NCBI GenBank assembly: GCA_964466185.1
Contig: CAYXMS010000005.1
Span: 1 to 53,652, forward strand
Source: an uncultured bacterium
Lineage (GTDB): Bacteria > Chlamydiota > Chlamydiia > Chlamydiales > SM23-39
DNA length: 53,652 nt
Direction of reading: 5' to 3'
The stretch's first letter is position 1; each line of letters starts with the position of its first letter. The notes under the pieces were generated by a model. That model was not told the origin of the DNA and searched no databases. It worked only from the letters and a program-made list of their open reading frames with translations. The translations under genes were made by a program, and so were the position numbers. This document shows, one piece after another, positions 45,545 to 53,652 of this stretch.

Positions 45545-46681
45545 ATGAAAATAGGTATTCCTAAAGAAATTAAAGATAAAGAATTCCGTATCGGACTAAC
45601 TCCTGCCGGTGTAGCAGCTTTGGTTGAAAACAAACATACAGTGTTAGTACAAAAAGGAGCAGGTCAAGCGATCGGTTTTTTAGACGACATGTACGCCAAA
45701 GTCGGCGCTAAAATTGTCGCAACTCCTCAAGAAGTCTATGAAACTGATATGATTATTAAAGTTAAAGAACCTCAAGAGTCAGAATACGGCCTTTTAAAAA
45801 AAGAACAGATTCTGTTTTGTTATTTGCATTTGGCTCCCGATCCAAAACAGACTGAAGCCCTTTTAAAACAAAAAGTCGTGGGTGTTGCTTTTGAAACAGT
45901 TACCGATAATTGCGGCAGATTGCCTTTGCTGGTCCCTATGAGTGAGGTTGCCGGAAGGGTAGCTGTCCAGGTCGGAGCTTATTTTTTGCAGATCTCGAAC
46001 GGGGGAAAAGGCGTTTTGTTAGGAGGTATACCCGGCGTTAAAAAAGGTAATGTGGTTATTGTCGGCGCCGGTATAGTCGGAACAGAAGCACTTAGAATGG
46101 CCATCGGTTTAGATGCCAACGTAACTGTTTTTGATAAAAATTTAAACCGGCTGCGCGAGCTGGATATGCTTTATGGTAATGCTCTGGAAACCAGATACTC
46201 TACCAAAGAAGCTCTTAAACAGGCCTTAATTAAAGCGGATTTGGTGATCGGCGCTGTTTTGATTCCCGGCGGCAGGGCTCCTAAACTGATCACTCGCGAT
46301 ATGCTCAAAATTATGGAAAAAGGTACTGTTATGGTAGATGTCGCTATCGATCAGGGCGGCTGTTTTGAAACTTCTAAAATTACTACTCATTCCAATCCTG
46401 TTTTTGAAGTCGACGGCATTATTCATTACGGCGTTGCCAATATGCCAGGCGCTTGCGCTAGAACATCAACTCAGGGCCTAACCAATGCTATTTTGCCATA
46501 TGCCATCAAACTAGCCAATCTTGGCTATAAAAAAGCAATGGAACAAGATAAACACCTGCTAATGGGCTTGAATGTCGCTTTAGGCCAGGTGACCAATCAG
46601 CCTGTAGCAGACTCTTTGGGTTATGAGTTTGTGCCGCCGGAGGCGGTGCTGGCGATGAAAAATCCACAAGCTGTTTTATGA
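45545..46681 (+). CDS. ald: Alanine dehydrogenase
   Basis: MKIGIPKEIK..E.R, KVKEP, YLHLA, PMSEVAGR, GAGIVG, DVAIDQGG, VANMPG. Confidence 0.96.
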   Translation: MKIGIPKEIKDKEFRIGLTPAGVAALVENKHTVLVQKGAGQAIGFLDDMYAKVGAKIVATPQEVYETDMIIKVKEPQESEYGLLKKEQILFCYLHLAPDPKQTEALLKQKVVGVAFETVTDNCGRLPLLVPMSEVAGRVAVQVGAYFLQISNGGKGVLLGGIPGVKKGNVVIVGAGIVGTEALRMAIGLDANVTVFDKNLNRLRELDMLYGNALETRYSTKEALKQALIKADLVIGAVLIPGGRAPKLITRDMLKIMEKGTVMVDVAIDQGGCFETSKITTHSNPVFEVDGIIHYGVANMPGACARTSTQGLTNAILPYAIKLANLGYKKAMEQDKHLLMGLNVALGQVTNQPVADSLGYEFVPPEAVLAMKNPQAVL

Positions 46682-46828
46682 TGTTCAATGGAGCTTTTTG
46701 AATAGCAATATATTCTTTTTTTTCTAATCAATCTGGAAGATATTTTTTTTTAAATTATTTACCAGAGAAGAAATAGAAACTTTTGGCAGATAATTCACTA
46801 ATAGGTGAAAAAAAATTATCAAGTAATT

Positions 46829-47251
46829 ATTGAGAACCTCAAATTTTTAAGGAAGCGGTTTTAAAAAAATAAGGTTTGTGAGTAGGCAGCTTTCTTTTAA
46901 GAAAAAAGGTACTAAAAATAGATATAAAGCTAGAAAAAAGGTACATTTTTGCATTGTAAATTTAAATGCTAGTGTTTAGATTTTTTTTACAAGTTAGTAC
47001 TGAGGATTGTCAAAAGCCATGACATCATTAGCATTGAGACGATGAATATTAAAATAATACTGCAGGGATTAAAGAATTTAGCTAAGGCAATTAGCGATGT
47101 TGGCTGGAACATGTTTTTAAACTGTTTAAAAAATAAATCTCTGGGATATGGTAAAACCCTGCATGAAGTATCTTCTCTTTTAGGTAATACTTGTGTATGT
47201 TCAAGATATATAGAAAAAATAAACATTAAGGCCGCCGGTGTGCGTCGGTAA
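46829..47251 (+). pseudogene. tnpB: Decayed TnpB (IS605 ORF B) with frameshifts and internal deletion
   Basis: Fragments in shifting frames: IENLKFLRK / SRQLSFKKKGTKNRYKARKKV / YKLVLRIVKSHDIISIETMNI...LAKAISDVGWNMF...GKTLHEV / INIKAAG. RuvC-I, Zn finger and RuvC-III are missing. Confidence 0.85.
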
Positions 47252-47323
47252 GCTTGGAAAGCTGCCGTGGTTGCTCGGAGCTTAGAACCAGGAATCCTTC
47301 GCTTTTAGGCGAGGGAGGTTCAA
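47230..47323 (+). mobile_element. IS605 right end / TnpB reRNA scaffold ending in TTCAA
   Basis: GGCCGCCGG...AACCAGGAATCCTTCGCTTTTAGGCGAGGGAGGTTCAA; terminal hairpin CCTTCGCT/GGCGAGGG; overlaps the tnpB 3' end. Confidence 0.8.
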
Positions 47324-47352
47324 TATTAAATAGTTATAATAGCTCTATTTAT

Positions 47353-50300
47353 ATGCATAAAATTGGCGAAATTATCTTTTCCAGAGGCATTTACGAGGTT
47401 GAGCTAAAACAGGGCAGAAAAAGCGTTTGGCCTTTTCTGCGGCTAAATAGCGCAGGCAAGCTTTTGGATTCTTTTTGCAGCTGTAGCAAACCGTGCAAAC
47501 ATATCGATGAAGCCTATCAAGCTGTTTTTAGAGAAGGCAAGCCTTTGCATGTTTTATATCAAAGCTCTTTTTTTTATCAGCTGGGTCAGATTTTATTTGC
47601 AAGATGGCAAACGGTAAAAAATTTTGAAGATACAAATTTTAGTTTTGCCGGCGTTCAGATTAAAACGAAAAATCCAAAAACTAAAACACGCCTGAAAGAA
47701 TTTTTTCAGATCAGAAAACAGGAAAAAGAAAATGAATTTAGCTCGTTAAAATTTTCCGCCCTTACTACAGAAGAGCTGCAGGCCTGTAAAGAAGACAGCG
47801 CTTCTTTAAAACTCCAATACGAAGTTTCTTTTTTTTCAGATTTTGCCAAGTGGCTGTTTTTGGAAAAAGATTTAAAAGCCTTTTTTAAAGGCCAGCCTTT
47901 GCCTTTGCAACTGGAGCTTTTTTCAAAAAATATTAGCCTGAAAATAAAACTTACGGAAAATGAACTGTTAAAATTAGTGCCCGTTTTAAATACGGTAAAT
48001 AGTAGTTTGCAGGTCTTTAAAGAAAAAAAGATCAAAGAGGCAGTTTTTGATCAGACTAAAAAAAAGCTTACAATTATTTTTGAAAAATCAAAAGCCAAAA
48101 AAATTCAAGGCCTGAATTTTGGACCTTGGACCTTTGTACCCAAAAAAGGGTTTTATTTAAAAGAAAAAGAGCCTCTTTTAAATGAGCTGGTATTGGAAGG
48201 TAAAAAAATTGCTGAATATCTTAACCAGAATATAGGCAAGCTCAAAAACTTTTTCCGCATCGATCTTAGACTCCATGCAGTTAAAAATAATCTGTTCATA
48301 GATGAAAAAAAGAATTTGCAGATTGAGTCCTATTTGCAAAAAACACATGATCTGGCTTCCGATCAGGCCGCCATTTTCTATCCATGGCTCTTTTTAAAAG
48401 GGAAAATAATTAAAAAATTGAGCGAAAGGCCTGTTTTTAAAATCATTGAAAAAGAAAAAGTCGGCGAATTTGTCTCGGAATCTAGAATTTTTTTGCAAAA
48501 TATAGACGGTTTTAATATCCATTTCGGAGCTTTTGAAGAAAAACTGCTTTTTCAAATTACTAAAAATGAAGATTTGAAGTTTGTTAGAAAATTAATTGTC
48601 CCTAAAAATTTTGAAGGGGTTATTGATTATGGCAATTGGGTATATGTGAAAAATAAAGGGTTTTTTGGTAAAAAAACCCTAGATTTGCCTTTTTTGCCAA
48701 AATTGGTAAAAAAAGAAAATATCGTTGAATTTTTAACTAAAAATAAATCCCAATTAGAGCAGATTCCCAATTTTTTCTTGGAAATTAATCCCTTAAAAAA
48801 ATTGGGACTGGAAATAGAGCTTAACAGCCAAAACAAAATTGTTATTACTCCCCAGATTGTACCTAAGAAAAATGTTAAATTGACTGATTTGAAATTTTTC
48901 GAACCTTTTATTTGCGTTAAAGGAAAAGGGTTTTTTCAGCTGCCGGCACATCTTAGATTGCCTGAAGGATATAGACATAAAAAAGAGGTGTTAACTTCTG
49001 AAGAGGCTTTTTTTGTGCATTACGAATTGGAGCATTTGAAAAAATTCGTTGTAAAAATCGATCCCAGACTGAATCGGCCAAAAAAGTTGAAACTGAAATT
49101 ACAAAACCTTAAAAAAGAAAAAAATACTTTTGTAGTTTCTTTGGCTTATAATTCTGCTTTGGGAGAAATCAATGCTACGCATCTGTGGCAGGCGCTTTTT
49201 GAAAATAAAAAATATGTCTTCACCCCTGCAGGTCTGATTTTTTTAAAAAATCAACGCTTTAAATGGCTGCTGTCTGTCAATCCCAAAAGAGTGCTTTTAA
49301 AAAGCCGTATGCTGCGTTTAAAAGGTTGGGAATGGATTAAATTGATCGTATTGGAAAATATCCAACGGCCGCAGGGATCTTCCGCTCAAATTAAAAAAAT
49401 GCAGAAAATCTTCGATGAAATGAATGATATGGGAGTCGACGAGCTATTGGAACTTAACTTTTTAAAGTCCACTTTGCGCCCTTATCAGGAAATCGGAGTT
49501 AAATGGCTAAGTTTTTTATATAAAGAAGGCTTGGCCGGTTTTTTATGCGATGAAATGGGCCTTGGCAAAACCCATCAGGCCATGGGTCTGTTAGCTTTGG
49601 CTTTGCAAAAAGATAAAACCAGAAATAATAAATATCTGGTAGTTTGCCCGACCTCCGTTATTTATCATTGGGAAAACCTTTTGAAAACTTTTCTGCCGGA
49701 AATTAAAGTCTGCGTTTTTCACGGGCTAGGTAGAATCTGGAATGAAACAGCAGATTTGATTTTGACCTCTTACGGTTTGATCAGATCCCAGAAAAAACTG
49801 TTTCAGGAAAAGTTTTTCGAAATTGTTATTTTAGATGAATTGCAGGTAGCGAAAAATAAAGGTTCTAAAATCAATCAGGCTTTAAGAGGCCTTTGTTCTT
49901 CGATGTTTTTAGCCTTGACAGGCACTCCCTTGGAAAATCGTTTGGAAGAGCTTAAAGCGCTTTTTGATCTGATCCTACCCGGTTATTTTCCGCCAGATAA
50001 AGTTTTTAAAGAGTATTTTATTGAGCCTATTGAAAAACAAAAAGACGAAAAACAAAAAATGCTTTTAACAAAATTGGTACGTCCGTTTGTGATGCGCAGA
50101 AAGAAAAAAGAAGTGCTTAAGGATCTGCCGGAAAAGATTGAAGAAATAGCCTATGCGGATTTGGCCGATGAGCAAAAAGAAATTTATGCCGGATTGCTCT
50201 CAGCTAATAAAAATCAGTTGATTAAAGAACTTAAAGATGATAATAATCAACAGGCATATTTACACGTTTTTGCTCTTTTGACAAAACTAAAACAGCTTTG

Positions 50301-50874
50301 CGATCATCCGGTTTTAATTGACGCCAAATATCAATCCCTGCCCTCCGGTAAATGGGAACTGTTTAAAGAGCTTTTACATGAAGCTTTGGACTCCGAACAA
50401 AAGGTCGTAGTTTTTTCCCAATATTTGGAAATGATTAAAATGATCGAAAGGCATTTGAAAAAAAATCAGATTCAATATGCATCCGTTACCGGATCTACCC
50501 ATAAACGTTTTGAAGAAGTTAAAAAGTTTCAAAAAGATCCTAATTGCAAAGTTTTTGTCGGTTCGCTTTTAGCTTCAGGCGTAGGTATTGATCTGACTGC
50601 CGGATCTATTGTCATTCATTATGACCGCTGGTGGAACCCGGCTAAAGAAAATCAGGCTACAGACCGCGTTCATCGCATTGGACAGAACAGGGGAGTGCAG
50701 GTTTTTAAACTGACAACCAAAAATACCATAGAAGAAAGAATCCATCAGTTAATCGAAAAGAAAAAAATGTTGATTGAAGAAACTATCGGTATGGATGATG
50801 AACATCAGCTTAAAGCACTGTCCAGAGATGAGCTGCTTTCTCTTTTGATAGACTGGGAAGCAGAAGAGATGTGA
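47353..50874 (+). CDS. SWIM-like zinc finger / SNF2 family helicase (true start 47353; the ORF-track N-terminus is IS sequence)
   Basis: CSCSKPCKH; LRPYQEIG..WL, CDEMGLGKT, LDELQ, LTGTPLEN, DRWWNPAKENQATDRVHRIGQ. Confidence 0.93.
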   Translation: MHKIGEIIFSRGIYEVELKQGRKSVWPFLRLNSAGKLLDSFCSCSKPCKHIDEAYQAVFREGKPLHVLYQSSFFYQLGQILFARWQTVKNFEDTNFSFAGVQIKTKNPKTKTRLKEFFQIRKQEKENEFSSLKFSALTTEELQACKEDSASLKLQYEVSFFSDFAKWLFLEKDLKAFFKGQPLPLQLELFSKNISLKIKLTENELLKLVPVLNTVNSSLQVFKEKKIKEAVFDQTKKKLTIIFEKSKAKKIQGLNFGPWTFVPKKGFYLKEKEPLLNELVLEGKKIAEYLNQNIGKLKNFFRIDLRLHAVKNNLFIDEKKNLQIESYLQKTHDLASDQAAIFYPWLFLKGKIIKKLSERPVFKIIEKEKVGEFVSESRIFLQNIDGFNIHFGAFEEKLLFQITKNEDLKFVRKLIVPKNFEGVIDYGNWVYVKNKGFFGKKTLDLPFLPKLVKKENIVEFLTKNKSQLEQIPNFFLEINPLKKLGLEIELNSQNKIVITPQIVPKKNVKLTDLKFFEPFICVKGKGFFQLPAHLRLPEGYRHKKEVLTSEEAFFVHYELEHLKKFVVKIDPRLNRPKKLKLKLQNLKKEKNTFVVSLAYNSALGEINATHLWQALFENKKYVFTPAGLIFLKNQRFKWLLSVNPKRVLLKSRMLRLKGWEWIKLIVLENIQRPQGSSAQIKKMQKIFDEMNDMGVDELLELNFLKSTLRPYQEIGVKWLSFLYKEGLAGFLCDEMGLGKTHQAMGLLALALQKDKTRNNKYLVVCPTSVIYHWENLLKTFLPEIKVCVFHGLGRIWNETADLILTSYGLIRSQKKLFQEKFFEIVILDELQVAKNKGSKINQALRGLCSSMFLALTGTPLENRLEELKALFDLILPGYFPPDKVFKEYFIEPIEKQKDEKQKMLLTKLVRPFVMRRKKKEVLKDLPEKIEEIAYADLADEQKEIYAGLLSANKNQLIKELKDDNNQQAYLHVFALLTKLKQLCDHPVLIDAKYQSLPSGKWELFKELLHEALDSEQKVVVFSQYLEMIKMIERHLKKNQIQYASVTGSTHKRFEEVKKFQKDPNCKVFVGSLLASGVGIDLTAGSIVIHYDRWWNPAKENQATDRVHRIGQNRGVQVFKLTTKNTIEERIHQLIEKKKMLIEETIGMDDEHQLKALSRDELLSLLIDWEAEEM

Positions 50875-51893
50875 ACTATTTGAAAAGTTTGGCTTTTGCG
50901 CTTTTGTAAAGTGTATTCATATTTTTTGTCATAATATTTTAAAAGTAAAAAACAGGCCCTTTCATAGTCTTTATTTTCCAAATATAAAAGCACTTGCTCT
51001 GCAGCTTCTAATCCCAGCCTTTTGCGTAGGCTGAAAACAGCTTGTTTTAAGTTTTTTAAAGAACTTTTCTTATATTGAAAAATAATGTTCCTAGCTCTTT
51101 TTTTGATATCTACGTTTAAAATAATGCCAGAGGCTTTTTGCATTTGGCAAAATAACGGATCGGGAATTAAAATCCGGCCGATTTTTCTGCTTTCATCTTC
51201 TATCCAGATTTTTTGCGGCTCTAAAAAAAAATGTTTTTCTGAAGATTTTTTTGGCGAAAGTCCGGAACTTGAAAAAGACCGGTTTTCCTCTAAAACTTTT
51301 CTTTTTTCTGCTGCTTCATAAAGACTGTGGGCTAATCTGTTTTCAAACAGCTCCTGCGTTGGTTGCGGAGTTTGATAAGCGCCGAATACAGATCCTCTGT
51401 GGCCTGCCAGATTTTCTAAATCGATATGTAGCAGAGCTTTTTTTAAGATCTTCGTTTTACCGGCGCCTGTTTTTCCGGAAAGAATAGCCAAGGGATAAGC
51501 TTTCGAAAATTGCTCTAATACCCATTTGCGATAGCCTTTGTATCCATTTTTTAATAACAATACACGATAGCCCAAAAGCTCTAACAGCCAGCCGACAGAT
51601 GATGAGCGCATCCCTCCGCGAGCACAATAAATAACTGCAGTCGAAGTGCTGAGAGTTTGAATTTTTTGGCCGAGCTTAAACAGACGGACAAATTTCAGTC
51701 CCTGCAAAATAGCTTGCTTTTGTCCCTTTTGTTTGTAAACAGTGCCAATAACTGCCCGCTGGCTATTGGAAAAAAGCGCTATATTGCGCGCTGATAAAAT
51801 ACGGCCTTTTTTAAACTCTAAAGGAGTGCGTACATCGATCAGAGGATATCGGCTATATTTTTTGAGATAAGCGGCATATGAAATTTTTTGCAT
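50805..51893 (-). CDS. selU: tRNA 2-selenouridine synthase (SelU/MnmH)
   Basis: Rhodanese domain IDVRTPLEF, YCARGGMRS; P-loop GKTGAGKT; DLENLAGHRGSVFG; EDESRKIG; YYDKKY. Confidence 0.92.
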   Translation of the reverse strand: MQKISYAAYLKKYSRYPLIDVRTPLEFKKGRILSARNIALFSNSQRAVIGTVYKQKGQKQAILQGLKFVRLFKLGQKIQTLSTSTAVIYCARGGMRSSSVGWLLELLGYRVLLLKNGYKGYRKWVLEQFSKAYPLAILSGKTGAGKTKILKKALLHIDLENLAGHRGSVFGAYQTPQPTQELFENRLAHSLYEAAEKRKVLEENRSFSSSGLSPKKSSEKHFFLEPQKIWIEDESRKIGRILIPDPLFCQMQKASGIILNVDIKKRARNIIFQYKKSSLKNLKQAVFSLRKRLGLEAAEQVLLYLENKDYERACFLLLKYYDKKYEYTLQKRKSQTFQIVHISSASQSIKRESSSSLDSALS

Positions 51894-52222
51894 ATTAGGC
51901 TTCTGTTGGCTTCCATCATTTGTAAGTCTTAGCTGTTTATATTTTAATTTAAAGAGCTGATCTTTTGGTTTTTGTAGTCTTTTAAAATTAAAATTTTAAA
52001 ACTTTAGGTTTTTATTTAAAAGAGTTTATAAAAAACTAATTTTTTTTTCTTGTAATTCTGGAAAAAAGCTTTTTTTGAAAAAAAACTAGGTTGTTTTAAA
52101 AATTAATCGGTTTTAGATTTTTTTAAAGAAGTTCTTTAAATTTTATAGTTTATTTTTATTCTGTTTTTAGGTAAATTATTCTTTGTTAATAAAAATTAAT
52201 TAAATAAAAAAACTTTAATTAA

Positions 52223-53554
52223 ATGAAAATATCTATTATCGGCCGGCCTAATGTCGGTAAATCTGCTCTTTTTAACCGTATCTTGAAACATAGAAAAGCT
52301 ATCGTCGCAGAAGAAGAAGGCGTTACCAGAGATAGACTCTATCAAGACGGAGAATTTTTCGGTCAGCCATTTGTCTTGATCGATTCCGGAGGGATCGATC
52401 CCCACTCAAAAAAAGATTTTAATCAAGAAGTAATTAAACAGGCCCAGATAGCTATCCAAGAGGCTGATTGCTTAATCATGGTCGTAGACGGCAGAGTAGG
52501 TATCAGTAAACTGGATGAAATTGTAGCTTCGATGCTTTTTAAAACGAAAAAACCTGTGCTTTTAGCTATTAATAAAATTGATGATCAAGGACAAATAGAA
52601 ATAGCTTTAAATGATTTTTATAGGCTGGGTATAAAAAAAATGTTCGCTGTCTCTGCTTTGCATGGCTTAAATGTTGCAGAGCTTTTGGAAGCTGCTTTTG
52701 AAACTTGGAAAAATCAATCGGAAACTGGTTTGAAAAATCAGATAACAGTCGAGGATCAGACAGTTTCGAAACTTGCTATTGTCGGCAGGGCCAATACAGG
52801 TAAATCCACTCTTTTGAATTTTTTGCTTCAAGAAGAACGTTCAGCTGTATCTGATATTGCAGGAACTACCAGGGATTGCATCGATGCTTTTGTAAAATAT
52901 CAAGAGCAAACTTATCAGCTGATCGATACGGCCGGCATTAGAAGAAAAAATAAAGAAAAAAGCGTAGTTGAAAAATTTGCCCATGTAAGAACCGAAGAGG
53001 CAATTAAAAACACACAAGTCTGCCTTTTAATTTTAGATGCCCAAGACGGCTTTACTGAACAGGATCAGAAAATTATGAACTTGATTCAAAAATTGGGTAA
53101 AGGCTGTTTGATCTTAATCAATAAATGGGACCTTGTTAAAAATTTCCGCATGGAACATGTCCTTCAAGCGCTTTTAGAAAAACATCCCCATTTAAAAGCT
53201 TATCCCATAGTTTTTATCTCAGCTAAAACCGGTCGTAATATAGATAAAATATTCTCCATGGCTTCTATGGTTAAACAAAGCTTGCAGCAAAGAATTTCTA
53301 CCGGACAGCTGAATCAGTTTGTAGAAAAATGTATGCAGAAAAATCATCCCCCAATGATTCAGGGCAAACGGCTCAGAATATATTACCTGACCCAGATCAA
53401 AACCTCTCCTCCCAGATTTGTACTGTTTGTTAATAAACCCGCTTTAATGCAAAAATCATATCAAAAATATCTAATCAGTCAGTTCAGACAGGCGTATCCT
53501 TTCTTGGGTGTTCCCTTGTTTTTCGAGATTAAGGGAAAAAATGGGATTAAATGA
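52223..53554 (+). CDS. der: Ribosome biogenesis GTPase Der (EngA)
   Basis: Two GTPase domains (GRPNVGKS..DSGG..NKID and GRANTGKS..DTAG..NKWD) plus KH-like C-terminus. Confidence 0.97.
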   Translation: MKISIIGRPNVGKSALFNRILKHRKAIVAEEEGVTRDRLYQDGEFFGQPFVLIDSGGIDPHSKKDFNQEVIKQAQIAIQEADCLIMVVDGRVGISKLDEIVASMLFKTKKPVLLAINKIDDQGQIEIALNDFYRLGIKKMFAVSALHGLNVAELLEAAFETWKNQSETGLKNQITVEDQTVSKLAIVGRANTGKSTLLNFLLQEERSAVSDIAGTTRDCIDAFVKYQEQTYQLIDTAGIRRKNKEKSVVEKFAHVRTEEAIKNTQVCLLILDAQDGFTEQDQKIMNLIQKLGKGCLILINKWDLVKNFRMEHVLQALLEKHPHLKAYPIVFISAKTGRNIDKIFSMASMVKQSLQQRISTGQLNQFVEKCMQKNHPPMIQGKRLRIYYLTQIKTSPPRFVLFVNKPALMQKSYQKYLISQFRQAYPFLGVPLFFEIKGKNGIK

Positions 53555-53652
53555 ATCACTTATACAGTTTGCTTTAAACTCTCAGTAAGCAAGCGTATTA
53601 TGGGCTTGTAGAAACCCCATTTTTTTGATGATTTCGCAGCTTAAAAATCTAT

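Noticed and set aside
47254-47352. N-terminal extension of the SNF2 ORF (and of fmt at 6389-6487)
   Set aside because: Both extensions are translations of IS200/IS605 end sequence; downstream ATGs give the expected N-termini.
53582-53650. 3' end of a possible convergent minus-strand gene (RFLSCEIIKKMGFLQAHNTLAY*)
   Set aside because: Too short and cut by the window edge to identify.

Overview
Core chromosomal segment of an AT-rich environmental chlamydia (phylum Chlamydiota). The assignment rests on chlamydial gene order (lnt-lpxC-fabZ-lpxA-fmt-[orphan]-rplC...rplQ-gap-grgA; dnaJ-rpsU-tsaB / lon...rnz...xerC; glyA-clpP), a merged S10-spc-alpha cluster lacking rpsJ, rpsN, rpmD, adk, infA, rpmJ and rpsD, and chlamydia-type genes (GrgA, CdsZ/CT398-like, MOMP-like porin, SWIM-SNF2). 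RNA genes are tRNA-Leu(TAA) and RNase P RNA. The main unannotated signal is a set of about seven IS200/IS605 (OMEGA) relics in intergenic spaces, none with an intact nuclease or TnpA in the window. These are: (1-2) two ~290-nt IscB-type omegaRNA copies (23115 and 38448, ~84% identical by hand count), one a complete protein-less mini-element inserted exactly at the grgA stop codon and the other followed by a truncated iscB; (3-4) an iscB C-terminal tail with its end hairpin abutting the fmt ATG, plus a second end hairpin just upstream; (5-6) two TnpB-type right-end/reRNA modules in tandem before xerC; (7) a decayed tnpB with an intact right end before the SNF2 gene. Other highlights are a double-domain D-Ala-D-Ala ligase resembling the plant plastid type, a CIRCE-like operator before dnaJ, an internally deleted porin paralog, and selU. 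All calls were made by eye, without database searches.
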